Positions 39,667 through 50,157 of a stretch of 64,000 nt of DNA are shown here, one piece after another (the stretch's first letter is position 1; the number at the start of each line of letters is the position of its first letter). The notes under the pieces are model-generated. The model saw only the letters and a program-made list of their open reading frames with translations. It made no database searches and was not told where the DNA came from. The translations under genes and the position numbers were made by a program. This DNA comes from Flavobacteriales bacterium (GTDB lineage: Bacteria > Bacteroidota > Bacteroidia > CAIKAF01). The stretch lies in NCBI GenBank assembly GCA_022402535.1, contig JAKRSD010000023.1, forward strand, positions 30,741 to 94,740, in the 5' to 3' direction.

Positions 39667-39987
39667 TCACAAATAATTTTGTTCAATTACTGCTTTTAGC
39701 GCCTGTATTTGTCTGCGAAGCGGGTTAATTGCAGCAAATTTATAGCCCATTATGGCGGCGGTATGTTTAGATTCCAATAATTCGGGCTTGGGTTCTATTA
39801 CTTCCCGATATTCTCCAAATAAATCGGAATGACGTTTAAAGTGTTGGAGCAGTTTGTTATAATCGCTCCACAGAAACTTCACATCGGCGGCACTGACTCC
39901 TTGAATTAGGGTTTCAGAAGGTATCTGACTTTTTTCAACGGAATTTTCCAATTCATGTAACATGCCTTTCAGCCGCTCTATATCCAT
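39667..39987 (-). CDS. Hypothetical protein (106 aa)
   Basis: Clean ORF. Its 3' portion is duplicated as a fragment at 37963..38150. Confidence 0.5.
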   Translation of the reverse strand: MDIERLKGMLHELENSVEKSQIPSETLIQGVSAADVKFLWSDYNKLLQHFKRHSDLFGEYREVIEPKPELLESKHTAAIMGYKFAAINPLRRQIQALKAVIEQNYL

Positions 39988-40104
39988 AACACTTAAATTT
40001 TCCCGAAGATACGCAAATAAAACCGGGATTTTTTACCTAATTCGGCATGGCATTTGTTTAAACAAATTGCCTTTTACGTTGTCATTTTAAAAATAAGTAT
40101 ATAT

Positions 40105-40875
40105 ATGAGAGCATTATGTATGTTAAGTTTGATTTCGGCCAGTTTATTTACCTCCTGTGCCATTATCCGTCCCGGCGAAGTAGGGGTTCGTTCCTCATTC
40201 GGAAAATTGAAGGGCGAAGTAAAAACCAGCGGCATGATTGTGTACAATGCCTTTGCCACCAAGGTGATTAAAATACCTACAAGAACCATTAACCGCGAAC
40301 TCAACATCAATTTACCGTCAAAGGAGGGCCTAACCATACAATCGGATATTTCCATTCTGTATCATATTAAAGGCGAAAAAGCGAAAGAACTGATTCAGAA
40401 CATCGGGTTAGAATATGACCAGATTATAACCTCCGTGTTCCGTTCGGCTGCCGCCGATGTATGCGCACGCTATTTTGCTAAGGATATGCACAGTGGCGAA
40501 CGCGATAAAATTGAAAAAGAAATTTGTGCCAAAATGAATGAGAACCTCCGTCCACGGGGTTTTGAAATAGAGTCAGTTCTGCTCAAATCCATTGTACTTC
40601 CTGCTGGATTGGCCAAAGCCGTAGAAAGCAAATTAGAGGCCGAGCAGCAGGCCCAACAGATGGATTTTGTGCTGATGAGGGAACGTAAAGAAGCGGAACG
40701 TAAAAAAGTGGAAGCTGAAGGTACCCGCGATGCCCAATTGATTTTATCGGAAGGACTGACGGATCAGATTTTGCAACTGCGCAACATTGAAATGATGCGG
40801 GAACTCATCAAATCAAATAATACCAAAGTGATTATCACGGATGGAAAAACGCCCGCGTTTATCGACGCAAAGTAG
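40105..40875 (+). CDS. SPFH/Band-7 (prohibitin/HflC-like) domain lipoprotein
   Basis: Signal/lipobox (MRALCMLSLISASLFTSC), then an SPFH core and a C-terminal coiled coil (EAEQQAQQ...RERKEAERKKVEAEG). Confidence 0.8.
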   Translation: MRALCMLSLISASLFTSCAIIRPGEVGVRSSFGKLKGEVKTSGMIVYNAFATKVIKIPTRTINRELNINLPSKEGLTIQSDISILYHIKGEKAKELIQNIGLEYDQIITSVFRSAAADVCARYFAKDMHSGERDKIEKEICAKMNENLRPRGFEIESVLLKSIVLPAGLAKAVESKLEAEQQAQQMDFVLMRERKEAERKKVEAEGTRDAQLILSEGLTDQILQLRNIEMMRELIKSNNTKVIITDGKTPAFIDAK

Positions 40876-40888
40876 CACCGGATCTTAT

Positions 40889-40918
40889 TAAGGGTTGGTA
40901 TGTCGCCAACCCTTTTTG
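40889..40918 (+). terminator. Rho-independent terminator
   Basis: AGGGTTGGTATGTCGCCAACCCTTTTTG: 7-bp GC-rich stem plus T-run after the SPFH gene. Confidence 0.65.
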
Positions 40919-40966
40919 TTTAATAATCAAGCCAATGAAGTTGAGCACAGATTATATAACATTATC

Positions 40967-41578
40967 CTATTCCATGGTATAAAACGCCCGAAAAGCCGGA
41001 TTTCGGTTTTCCGCTGTACGGATATGGACAAATGAAAGTGTAAATGTTTTTTTGTACTCACCGGTGCCTACTTCAAACACAACTAGCGTTTTATCCGGCC
41101 TGCATTCCACATATCCGTCTTGGGCTGAGCAATTCATTTTTTGTGCTTTGGTAAACTTCTCCCATGTTTTCGCCGCTTGTATTTCTTTAGATTCAATCGT
41201 AATTTCAAAAACAGGCTTATATTTTGTATCATGGGGTTCAAGCCAACGTAAGAATACCGACCCGTTCCATGTATCAAAATTTTCAGGAATTTGATAGTAC
41301 GTATACTCACGTATTGATTGGAAATAACCCATTCCTGCAAAAAGATAAGGCTCCGTATATTCATCATAATCCGGAATATCAAATGCATCTTCAAACAACC
41401 CATTATACCCCCTAACTTTTAAAAAATAGTTGTCCATCGATTCCAGTTGACTGTTGTTAATCATAACTATCAACTCCTTATTCAGCAGCTCATCACATGA
41501 AACCGGCTTCAAAGTCTGAGAAAACATACTTTGCATTGCCAATGTAATCAGCAGCAACATAAATCCAGATTTCTTCAT
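40967..41578 (-). CDS. Hypothetical secreted protein (203 aa)
   Basis: Signal peptide MKKSGFMLLLITLAMQSMFSQ. Confidence 0.5.
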   Translation of the reverse strand: MKKSGFMLLLITLAMQSMFSQTLKPVSCDELLNKELIVMINNSQLESMDNYFLKVRGYNGLFEDAFDIPDYDEYTEPYLFAGMGYFQSIREYTYYQIPENFDTWNGSVFLRWLEPHDTKYKPVFEITIESKEIQAAKTWEKFTKAQKMNCSAQDGYVECRPDKTLVVFEVGTGEYKKTFTLSFVHIRTAENRNPAFRAFYTME

Positions 41579-41626
41579 CCTAAAATAGATTGGACGTTAT
41601 ACTTAACAGAAATTCATTTTCGGCAA

Positions 41627-42043
41627 TCACTCTTCAATGATAATACCCGCTGAGTTTATAAAAGTATCCGCCTCGTTATACATGTCTATATAATACTTAC
41701 CGGGTTTGGAAAAAGTCTGACTGAAACTCACCCAATTCCAGTTTCTGTCTCCTACTTTTACCGTATAACTTTCCACAAGTCCGCCTGCCTCTTCATACAC
41801 TTCTACAATGAGTTCAGAGAGCATGAGAGGTTGCTCTTGCTCAAGGAGTACCTTTAACTCAACCGGTTTACCGTTGAGCGAAAAGGTTTCTGCCACTTCC
41901 TCCAAAAGTCCTTCGGAGTTTAATTTCTTTCCAAAATAAATTTGGGAATACTCATAATAATAGGTGTCATAAATAGACTCAGATTGCGACTGGGCGGATA
42001 AAACAATTCCACAGACCAATACAAAAAGTAATGTGAAGCGTTT
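41627..42043 (-). CDS. Hypothetical secreted protein (138 aa)
   Basis: Trimmed to the MKRFTLLFVLVCGIVLSAQSQ signal peptide. Confidence 0.5.
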   Translation of the reverse strand, partial: KRFTLLFVLVCGIVLSAQSQSESIYDTYYYEYSQIYFGKKLNSEGLLEEVAETFSLNGKPVELKVLLEQEQPLMLSELIVEVYEEAGGLVESYTVKVGDRNWNWVSFSQTFSKPGKYYIDMYNEADTFINSAGIIIEE

Positions 42044-42191
42044 CATAATAAAAGGATTAAGTTTAGTCAAAGGTAAAGTAATGTATTGGGAATAATCATC
42101 ATGTTGTGAAAGATTTCATGCAAAATAATGCATATGAATCATACTCGTGTGCGTTATCAAAACTATCTTTGGATAAAATGAACATCTTGCC

Positions 42192-43001
42192 ATGAAAAAA
42201 GCATTCCTAATTCTTTTCGCAATCGTAACAGCCTTTACCGCCAAAGCACAATCGGAAGAAAATACCGCCAAATCGGTTATTATGGCCCTAAAACACAAGT
42301 CGTTTTATCAACTGGAATTTATCTTAGCTGAACCTGAGAACAAAAAAGCCATCGAAACCAAGTTTAATCTTCTGCTCAGCAATGCCTCTAAAAGCGGAAT
42401 CAATGTAGAAAAGCTGGCTTTCGACTTTCATCAGTCACATAGAATTGAAGGCACCAATATGCTTGTACTGCTTATCGTGTACAAAACTGAAGACGGCACT
42501 AACTGGGATGATATTATTTTGCTGCTCGATAAAAAGAGTTACAGCATTATGGACATCGGTCAACCTGAAAAAACATTGAAAAAAGATGCGGCTTCCAGAG
42601 GTAAAAACATGAAAAATATCGCGGGTCTGATAAAGGTTTTTTATCCCAATATTCCCATAAAGGAGGATGCGCTGAATGCCGCAAAAAACATCATCAATAT
42701 TGTGAATACAGGCAAACCTGAAGATTTAATTCCGTTTATGGTGTACACCGGATCCGAAGATCCCACCCGTAAACACATGTCGCAACCGCTCAATCCCAAA
42801 ATTGAAAAAGACCAAAAGACAGCCAAATACATGTTTAACAAACTGAGCGGACTGTTTTCAGGCCCTGAAAGTATTTATGCGGAGGGGTTTAAGTCTAATC
42901 CCGAAAATAACACCTGCAACTTCCGTATCGTATGCAGTTCCACCAAAAACACAGAATACATGGCCTTTGTGTTGCTTAACGGTAAATACCTCTTATACTA
43001 A
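42192..43001 (+). CDS. Hypothetical secreted protein (269 aa)
   Basis: Signal peptide MKKAFLILFAIVTAFTAKAQ. Confidence 0.5.
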   Translation: MKKAFLILFAIVTAFTAKAQSEENTAKSVIMALKHKSFYQLEFILAEPENKKAIETKFNLLLSNASKSGINVEKLAFDFHQSHRIEGTNMLVLLIVYKTEDGTNWDDIILLLDKKSYSIMDIGQPEKTLKKDAASRGKNMKNIAGLIKVFYPNIPIKEDALNAAKNIINIVNTGKPEDLIPFMVYTGSEDPTRKHMSQPLNPKIEKDQKTAKYMFNKLSGLFSGPESIYAEGFKSNPENNTCNFRIVCSSTKNTEYMAFVLLNGKYLLY

Positions 43002-44296
43002 GCAAAAAGCTTATTGAGCTCATGTTTGATTTTGAATCGCACTTTATCAAAAAAGGAGTCAAACACATAGGCATAAGGCTCTCCCCGATTGATATGGGCC
43101 GCTATTTTTCCAAACCTTCTGATACGCGAATAATCTCCGTTTGGAGGTATCTGAAAACGGGCGTTGATATTGAGCGTATCCAATCCCCAAAGAAATTTAA
43201 AACAATACAATAAGGATTCCGCGCTTAGAGCAATATCGCAGTCATCGGGCGGCATTTCTATTTCGTTTAGGCCATTTCTGCCTGATAAGATAAATGCTTG
43301 CGCATAATCGGTTATATATACATGAGCATACATAGACTGAATATCTCTTCGGAATCGCGGATTGTTGGAAATCAGTTTGTCAATAAATTCAAGACCCCGT
43401 TTTTTCAATTCGGCTAATTCTACCGTTTGGGTTTTTAATAACTGCACATTGCCCAAAGCTTCGTAGTCGTTGTTATATTTTTGGATGGATGCTAAGGAAT
43501 CATGTTTATCACCCACAATCCATTCATCTCCCGGGTATAATACCACACAGGGCTTGTGCAACTCTTGAGAAATAAAATCATATATTTTCCCGATACGGTG
43601 CACGCCGTTGTTCATGTAAGCATTTTCTTCGTGACAGAAATAGATGAAACTCGCAAAAGGAACTATAACTTTAGGCTTAATGGCTGTATCCTGAAAACGG
43701 ATCCGTTGTAATTTTTCATCCGAGGCCGCTTTTCTCTTTTCCACATCGTCTTTGTTTCCCACTTTGTTGGCATACCCAAACTGGGTGAAAAGCACATCCA
43801 CTTCTCCGGTAATGTTGGCAATGCCTTCGGCGGCCTGCAGCGTATTTACGATGCAATCGTTCAGATTCAGAATTTTACCATCATCCGTAATAAATAAAGC
43901 GTACGAATCTCCGTCGGTGTAAGGGTTGCAGAGTATTTTAAAATCCTCTTCAATTGTGTAAGGCGTATTGCTTTTCAATTCTACAATATGGCCAAAGCCC
44001 ACTTTCCTGCAATATTCAGAGACCTTTCTATCAGCAGTTTCCTGAAAAAGTACGGTAATTTTTTTTCGATACGCTTCGGGAATTTTATTGAGATTAGGCG
44101 GCGAAAAATGGTCGGGATGTTCATGAGAAAACCAGATATGGGTGATATGCTCAAATTCTTCGTAGGGAAACTGTGTTTTGGCGAGCAGTCCCCACCCATT
44201 GTCAAATGCAGTGCCTTCCAGCCAGGGATCACAAATCAGGTTTACTTTTTTGTGACTGATGATAAACGACGCGTGGTTTACAAATTTTATTTTCAT
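42998..44296 (-). CDS. MBL-fold metallo-hydrolase domain protein with C-terminal extension
   Basis: N-terminal beta-lactamase-fold motif (WFSHEHPDH, HxHxDH) followed by an uncharacterised approximately 250-aa region. Confidence 0.6.
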   Translation of the reverse strand: MKIKFVNHASFIISHKKVNLICDPWLEGTAFDNGWGLLAKTQFPYEEFEHITHIWFSHEHPDHFSPPNLNKIPEAYRKKITVLFQETADRKVSEYCRKVGFGHIVELKSNTPYTIEEDFKILCNPYTDGDSYALFITDDGKILNLNDCIVNTLQAAEGIANITGEVDVLFTQFGYANKVGNKDDVEKRKAASDEKLQRIRFQDTAIKPKVIVPFASFIYFCHEENAYMNNGVHRIGKIYDFISQELHKPCVVLYPGDEWIVGDKHDSLASIQKYNNDYEALGNVQLLKTQTVELAELKKRGLEFIDKLISNNPRFRRDIQSMYAHVYITDYAQAFILSGRNGLNEIEMPPDDCDIALSAESLLYCFKFLWGLDTLNINARFQIPPNGDYSRIRRFGKIAAHINRGEPYAYVFDSFFDKVRFKIKHELNKLFA

Positions 44297-44504
44297 GAAA
44301 TCTCGCTTTTAAACAGGCTTTTTCAAGCATCCACAGGGAAACTGAACAAAGTTAGCAAATAGCCCGGGAATCGGAATGTAGGACAATAAATCCATTCCTC
44401 TATAAAATTTCAGGGGGAGTTCATTCTCAAATCCTTGATTATGAAACAGGTTGTCAAATACTGAAAAATGACTAAGTTTGCCCCCCTATAATTTGAAAAC
44501 GCAC

Positions 44505-45569
44505 ATGGCAAACCTTACCGAAATACTTGGCACTGACGCAGAATATCTGCTGAACCATACCTGCAAAGGCATCACCAAAGAACAGATTCACCTTCCGGGC
44601 GGCGATTTTACAGATCGTATTTTTTCGCTGAGCAACCGCAACAACCAAACCCTGAGAAGTATTGAAACACTATACAACCACGGACGTTTGGGCGGCACGG
44701 GCTATGTATCCATTCTGCCTGTTGATCAAGGAATTGAACACAGCGCAGGCGCAAGTTTTGCACCTAATCCTGCCTATTTTGATCCGGAAAACATCGTAAA
44801 ACTGGCCATCGAGGGCGGATGTAACTCAGTAGCTTCCACCTTTGGTGTATTGGCGGCATGTTCCAGAAAATATGCCCACAAAATTCCGTTTATGGTGAAA
44901 ATTAACCACAACGAATTGCTCACCTACCCCAATAAAGCCGATCAGGTGCTTTACGGAACCATCAAAGATGCCTGGAATATGGGTGCCGTGGCGGTGGGAG
45001 CCACCATTTATTTCGGTTCGGATGAAAGCAGCCGTCAGATTGTAGAAATAGCCAAAGCCTTTGAAATGGCCCATGAACTGGGCATGGCCACGGTACTTTG
45101 GTGTTATGTGCGTAACAATGCCTTCAAGAAAGACAAAGATTACCATGTGAGCGCCGACCTTACCGGACAGGCCAATCACCTGGGCGTTACCATACAGGCA
45201 GACATCATCAAACAAAAACTGCCTGAAAACAACGGCGGTTATACGGCCATACAAATGGGCGACAGCAGCTACGGAAAAATCGACAAACGCGTTTATACCG
45301 ACCTGACTACCGACCATCCTATTGACCTATGCCGCTATCAGGTAGCCAACTGCTATATGGGCCGTATCGGGCTGATTAATTCGGGAGGAGCCAGCAAAGG
45401 AGCCAGCGATTTAAAGGAAGCAGTAGCCACAGCGGTGATTAACAAACGGGCTGGCGGACATGGACTAATTTCGGGACGTAAAGCATTCCAGAAACCCATG
45501 CACGAAGGCGTTGCACTGTTAAATGCCATTCAGGATGTGTATCTGGATAATGGAATTACCATTGCCTAA
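44505..45569 (+). CDS. fbaB: Class I fructose-bisphosphate aldolase (FbaB/DhnA type)
   Basis: Full-length similarity to class I DhnA-type aldolases ([18 protein letters not shown]...). Trimmed to [16 protein letters not shown]. Confidence 0.75.
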   Translation: MANLTEILGTDAEYLLNHTCKGITKEQIHLPGGDFTDRIFSLSNRNNQTLRSIETLYNHGRLGGTGYVSILPVDQGIEHSAGASFAPNPAYFDPENIVKLAIEGGCNSVASTFGVLAACSRKYAHKIPFMVKINHNELLTYPNKADQVLYGTIKDAWNMGAVAVGATIYFGSDESSRQIVEIAKAFEMAHELGMATVLWCYVRNNAFKKDKDYHVSADLTGQANHLGVTIQADIIKQKLPENNGGYTAIQMGDSSYGKIDKRVYTDLTTDHPIDLCRYQVANCYMGRIGLINSGGASKGASDLKEAVATAVINKRAGGHGLISGRKAFQKPMHEGVALLNAIQDVYLDNGITIA

Positions 45570-45610
45570 TTCACCTTTTTTTGTAAATTCATTCACCTAA
45601 ACGGGAAATT

Positions 45611-46465
45611 ATGTCGTGGTTTAAACGTATCAGAAGCGGTATTTTAACCTCTACGGAAGAGAAAAAAGAAACTCCCGAGGGATTGTGGCATAAGTGCTCG
45701 GCCTGTAAATTTATTTCCAGAACCGAAGAACATGCCGAACACCTGTTTGTATGCCAGAACTGCGGATTTCATGACCGTATAGGCTCCGAAGAATACTTCT
45801 CCATCTTTTTCGACAACAATAAATACAAACTGCTCAATCCTAATATTATCTCGGGCGATCCGCTTCAGTTTACCGACTCAAAAAAATACACCGACCGCGT
45901 AAAACAGGTCATTGCCAATACCGGACTGAAAGATGCCATTGAAACTGCCGTAGGCAAAATAAACGGGAAAGAAACCGTGATTGCCTGTATGGATTTTGAT
46001 TTCATCGGAGGGTCAATGGGTTCTGTGGTGGGCGAAAAAATAGCCAGAGGCATTGATTATGCCCTGAAAAAGAAAACCCCGTTTATCATCATTTCCAAAT
46101 CGGGCGGAGCCCGCATGATGGAGGGCGCTTTCTCACTGATGCAGATGGCCAAAACATCGGCAAAACTCACCCAGTTATCCAAAGCTAAACTGCCATATAT
46201 TTCCATACTGACCAACCCCACCACAGGAGGGGTTACGGCTTCGTATGCCATGCTGGGCGACCTCAACATTGCCGAACCTAATGCCTTAATCGGTTTTGCC
46301 GGTCCCAGGGTGGTTAAAGAAACCATTAAACGCGACTTACCCGAAGGTTTCCAAACCTCTGAATTTGTGTTGGAATCCGGCTTTTTGGACAAAATTGTGG
46401 AAAGAAAAAAACTGAAAGAACACGTTTCATTCTTTCTTGAAGTAATGACGGCTAACACCCGATAA
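45611..46465 (+). CDS. accD: Acetyl-CoA carboxylase carboxyltransferase subunit beta
   Basis: N-terminal C4 zinc ribbon (CSACKF...CQNCGFH) and the carboxyltransferase GGSMG / GGARMMEG motifs. Confidence 0.9.
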   Translation: MSWFKRIRSGILTSTEEKKETPEGLWHKCSACKFISRTEEHAEHLFVCQNCGFHDRIGSEEYFSIFFDNNKYKLLNPNIISGDPLQFTDSKKYTDRVKQVIANTGLKDAIETAVGKINGKETVIACMDFDFIGGSMGSVVGEKIARGIDYALKKKTPFIIISKSGGARMMEGAFSLMQMAKTSAKLTQLSKAKLPYISILTNPTTGGVTASYAMLGDLNIAEPNALIGFAGPRVVKETIKRDLPEGFQTSEFVLESGFLDKIVERKKLKEHVSFFLEVMTANTR

Positions 46466-46502
46466 ACGGTCATATTTACCGGTCTGAATTCCGGATTTCC
46501 AC

Positions 46503-47843
46503 ATGCGCAACACTGAATTACCTGACGCCATAAAAACAGATGAACGCTTTCATCGCAATTATATCTGGTTTTTATTGATTGCTTTGGCCGCAGGCTCCGA
46601 AGTATTTGCCTTGGCCACGGGGCCGCTTTCTATCTATCCCTATCGGTTTGCCGTAATGTCGGGCATGTTATATTATGCTGCATTACTTTTGAAAAATAAA
46701 GGTCCGGTGAAAATCGATTTTTCATTTGCCCTTCCTGCGCTGATTGTCTTTATGATTGTGTATGGAGGTATCCATTCGTTTTGGGTAGAATATAAATCAG
46801 CTGCCGTGAAAGAACTCGGAAACCTTGTTTTTGGATTTGCATTCGTGTTCAGTTTTCAGCAGGCCTGGAAACAGTTAAAAGAACCCTGGGAATTTTTACA
46901 ACACATTTTTTATTGGCCGTTGGGATTTATTTTGGCATTTAGTTTTTTCGAAATTGCCACCAAAAGTCACTTGCCTTCACCCTATGCCACTGAAATTTTA
47001 ATCACTGACCCTATTCACTTTGTAAGACTTTCCCCTTCTGCCACATTCGGAAATCCAAACCATCTGGGTATCTTTTTAGTTTTGTCTTTTTTCATCCTTT
47101 TTAATCAGATAATTCGTCGGATTCACCTACAAAAAGCCCTGATTTTTTTATTTCTCACGCTAATTGTGTTGTGGTTCACGCTTTCACGGTTCGGACTCAT
47201 GGCCGTTTTCTTGCCGATTTTGTATCTTCCTTTTCACTTTAAACATGAAATTATACGCTCCTTCAAAAATCAAAAAAGAAATTGGCTGGGCCTTGGTTTT
47301 CTGATTTTGGGCACAGGGCTGATTGTAGTGTTTCACCAAGGTTTTACGGGCGGAATGTTTGCCGCTAAAGGTGAAGGTGCCGAAACTCCGGTGGTAGATC
47401 CTATGGCTAAAAGCAGCCGTACGGTGCGAACCAACATGCTCAAAAACGGATGGGAAATAACGAAGGAGTCTAATTTCCTCGGAGTAGGGCCGGGACAATT
47501 CTCCGAATTGATGAAATACGAACCCCAGAAATTCGAAACCTTTGGTTTTACCGATCCCCATTCCGGAGCTATTGAAATCATCAGTCAATATGGGATACTC
47601 AGCATTTTGTTGTGGGCATTCTGGGGTGTGGGGGTACTTTTTATCTGCATAAAAGGACTTAAAACCGAACCGGCATATTGGCTTACTCCCCTATTTATGG
47701 CTATTGCCTTTATACCGGTTTCTGCAGCAAACAGTAGTTTTTTAGCTTCGCCTCTTACTTGGGCCTATGTAGGAATTTTACATATTTTAGTGGCTCAAAA
47801 ATTACCGTTCTCTCCATCACAGGAGGGAAAAACGATTCGGTAA
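46503..47843 (+). CDS. O-antigen ligase/polymerase-family (Wzy/WaaL-like) polytopic membrane protein
   Basis: 446-aa, about 10-12 TM protein with a large periplasmic loop, at the head of a glycosyltransferase cluster. Confidence 0.55.
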   Translation: MRNTELPDAIKTDERFHRNYIWFLLIALAAGSEVFALATGPLSIYPYRFAVMSGMLYYAALLLKNKGPVKIDFSFALPALIVFMIVYGGIHSFWVEYKSAAVKELGNLVFGFAFVFSFQQAWKQLKEPWEFLQHIFYWPLGFILAFSFFEIATKSHLPSPYATEILITDPIHFVRLSPSATFGNPNHLGIFLVLSFFILFNQIIRRIHLQKALIFLFLTLIVLWFTLSRFGLMAVFLPILYLPFHFKHEIIRSFKNQKRNWLGLGFLILGTGLIVVFHQGFTGGMFAAKGEGAETPVVDPMAKSSRTVRTNMLKNGWEITKESNFLGVGPGQFSELMKYEPQKFETFGFTDPHSGAIEIISQYGILSILLWAFWGVGVLFICIKGLKTEPAYWLTPLFMAIAFIPVSAANSSFLASPLTWAYVGILHILVAQKLPFSPSQEGKTIR

Positions 47844-47861
47844 TCGCTGATAACCAACCGA

Positions 47862-49013
47862 ATGTCCTCTCAAAAACTCCATATCCTCTTCATTTCTACT
47901 GCTTACCCCGGTCCATATCAACCGCTGGAAGGTGTTTTTTTTACCGATCAGGCACAGGCATTGGCAAAAGCGGGACATAAAGTGGGGTATATAGCCATAA
48001 ACCCGGTTTCCATTAAAGATATTTTTAAAAAAGGACTCTCGGGTTTAGGTAAAAAAACAGAGGAAAACAAAGGAGTGCATACCTTTATTTTTCGCTATCC
48101 CCACACGCCAAAAGATACCCAGCAGCCCATCCGTAAGGCATTGAAAAAAGGCAAAGTGTTGGCCGAAGAATACTTACAGCAATATGGCAAACCGGATATC
48201 GTTCACCTGCACCGGTTTGAAGGGGGATTACTAGCCGTTTACTTCAAAGAAAAATACAACATTCCTTATGTTGTAACCGAACACAGTTCGCGGTTTCTGA
48301 ACGGAACATTGCCCCAAAATCAATTAACACCGGCGTTAAAAACATTCAGTGAAAGCGCTGAAAATATTGCCGTAAGCAGGGCGTTTAAAGAAAAACTGGA
48401 ATCCATAACCGGGAAAACATTCACTTATCTTCCGAATATGGTGGATACTGAGGCTTTTTCGTTGGGTAAAAAGTCTAAAAAGGGATTCATTTTATTGTCG
48501 GTAGGCAATTTCACCCCAAATAAACGTCAAGATTTGGCGGTTCATGCTTTTGCAAATTTTTGTAAAATATATCCTGAAACCTCTTTATGGATGATTGGCG
48601 AAGGACCCGAAAAATCAACTGTTCAAAAACTGGTGGAAGAACTCGGTATTTCTGATCAAGTGCAATTTAAAGGACGTATCAGCCGAGAGGAACTTGCCCA
48701 GTGCATGAAACAAGCGCATGTATTATTGATTACCAGCAAAGTGGAAACCTTTGGTGTGGTAGCCATTGAAGCGCTCAGCAGTGGCATTCCGGTAATTTCT
48801 ACCCGCTGCGGTGGACCCGAATCGGTAATAAAAGAAGGGGAAAGCGGATATTTTTCAGACGCCAATGTGGACGCGTATGTCCAAACCATGCTAAAGTGTA
48901 AAGAAAATTACGGGCATTTTACCCCTGAAGAACTCCGTAAAAAAGCGCTGGAAGAATTCTCATCCGTAGAAATTGTAAGAAAACTCGAAAATATTTACCG
49001 AAAGTATATTTAA
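47862..49013 (+). CDS. Glycosyltransferase family 4
   Basis: GT-B fold with a C-terminal EX7E-type motif (ETFGVVAIEALSSGIPVI). Confidence 0.8.
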   Translation: MSSQKLHILFISTAYPGPYQPLEGVFFTDQAQALAKAGHKVGYIAINPVSIKDIFKKGLSGLGKKTEENKGVHTFIFRYPHTPKDTQQPIRKALKKGKVLAEEYLQQYGKPDIVHLHRFEGGLLAVYFKEKYNIPYVVTEHSSRFLNGTLPQNQLTPALKTFSESAENIAVSRAFKEKLESITGKTFTYLPNMVDTEAFSLGKKSKKGFILLSVGNFTPNKRQDLAVHAFANFCKIYPETSLWMIGEGPEKSTVQKLVEELGISDQVQFKGRISREELAQCMKQAHVLLITSKVETFGVVAIEALSSGIPVISTRCGGPESVIKEGESGYFSDANVDAYVQTMLKCKENYGHFTPEELRKKALEEFSSVEIVRKLENIYRKYI

Positions 49014-49038
49014 GCCCTTTCTTTGCAGTGTGCCATCC

Positions 49039-50157
49039 ATGAATACGGACAAAAATATACGCGTTTGCCACCTGACTTCGGTTCACCGGGCCGATGATAT
49101 CCGGATTTTTGTAAAAGAATGCGTATCGCTTGCCGCAGCAGGATTTGAAACCCATCTGGTAGCTCCTGCCGAAAAAAATTATACCGAAAAAGGCGTGCAT
49201 GTGCATGCCGTTTCAAAAGCAACGGGAAGCCGAATATCCCGCATGTGGAAAACGGTAAATGCCGTATATCAAAAAGCGCTGGAAATCAATGCCGACATAT
49301 ACCATTTCCATGACCCCGAATTACTTCGTATTGCCTTAAAATTGAAAAGAAAAGGCAAAAAAGTGATTTATGATGCTCATGAAGATGTGCCCAAACAAAT
49401 ACTCGCCAAACATTGGATTCCCGGGCTATTCCGAAATATCATCGCCTGGATTTTTAAGCGATATGAAAATCATACAGCTTCGAAACTTTCCGGAGTGATT
49501 ACATCTACACCGGGGATTCGGGATCGCTTTTTAAAAGTGAATAAAAACTCTACGGACATCAACAATTATCCTTTGCTCTCAGAGTTTCCGGAAGTTAACC
49601 ACAACACCGTGCAAAACGGAATCTGTTATATCGGCGGCATAACTGAAAACAGAGGGATTCTGCAACTCTTGAATATTTTATCTAAGGAAAAAAATATAAC
49701 ATTAGAATTAGCCGGTGCCTTTTCTCCCGCCGAGTTAGAGGTGCGGGCAACTTCACACCCCAACTGGCATTGGGTTACTTACCACGGATTGGTGAACCGT
49801 AAACAAATCGGAGAAATATTATCGCGCTGTAAAGTGGGTATGGTTACGCTGCTGCCTACGCCCAATCACCTGGAATCGCAACCCATAAAAATGTATGAAT
49901 ACATGGCTGCCGGTTTGCCGGTGATTGCCTCCGATTTCCCATTTTGGAAACAGATTGTAGAAAAACAAGCCTGCGGAATCTGCGTAAATCCGTTTGATGA
50001 AAAGGCCATTCAAGAAGCGGTGATTTATCTCTTTAATCATCCTGAAGAAGCGAAAAAAATGGGCGAAAACGGGCGAAAAGCCGTGTTGAATGAATACAAT
50101 TGGGAAGCCGAAACCAAAAAACTTGTGGCATTTTATCAATCTATATGTAGGCCATGA
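49039..50157 (+). CDS. Glycosyltransferase family 4
   Basis: GT4 C-terminal catalytic motif (ESQPIKMYEYMAAGLPVIASD). Start at the ATG at 49039; the ORF-track start is an upstream GTG. Confidence 0.8.
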   Translation: MNTDKNIRVCHLTSVHRADDIRIFVKECVSLAAAGFETHLVAPAEKNYTEKGVHVHAVSKATGSRISRMWKTVNAVYQKALEINADIYHFHDPELLRIALKLKRKGKKVIYDAHEDVPKQILAKHWIPGLFRNIIAWIFKRYENHTASKLSGVITSTPGIRDRFLKVNKNSTDINNYPLLSEFPEVNHNTVQNGICYIGGITENRGILQLLNILSKEKNITLELAGAFSPAELEVRATSHPNWHWVTYHGLVNRKQIGEILSRCKVGMVTLLPTPNHLESQPIKMYEYMAAGLPVIASDFPFWKQIVEKQACGICVNPFDEKAIQEAVIYLFNHPEEAKKMGENGRKAVLNEYNWEAETKKLVAFYQSICRP

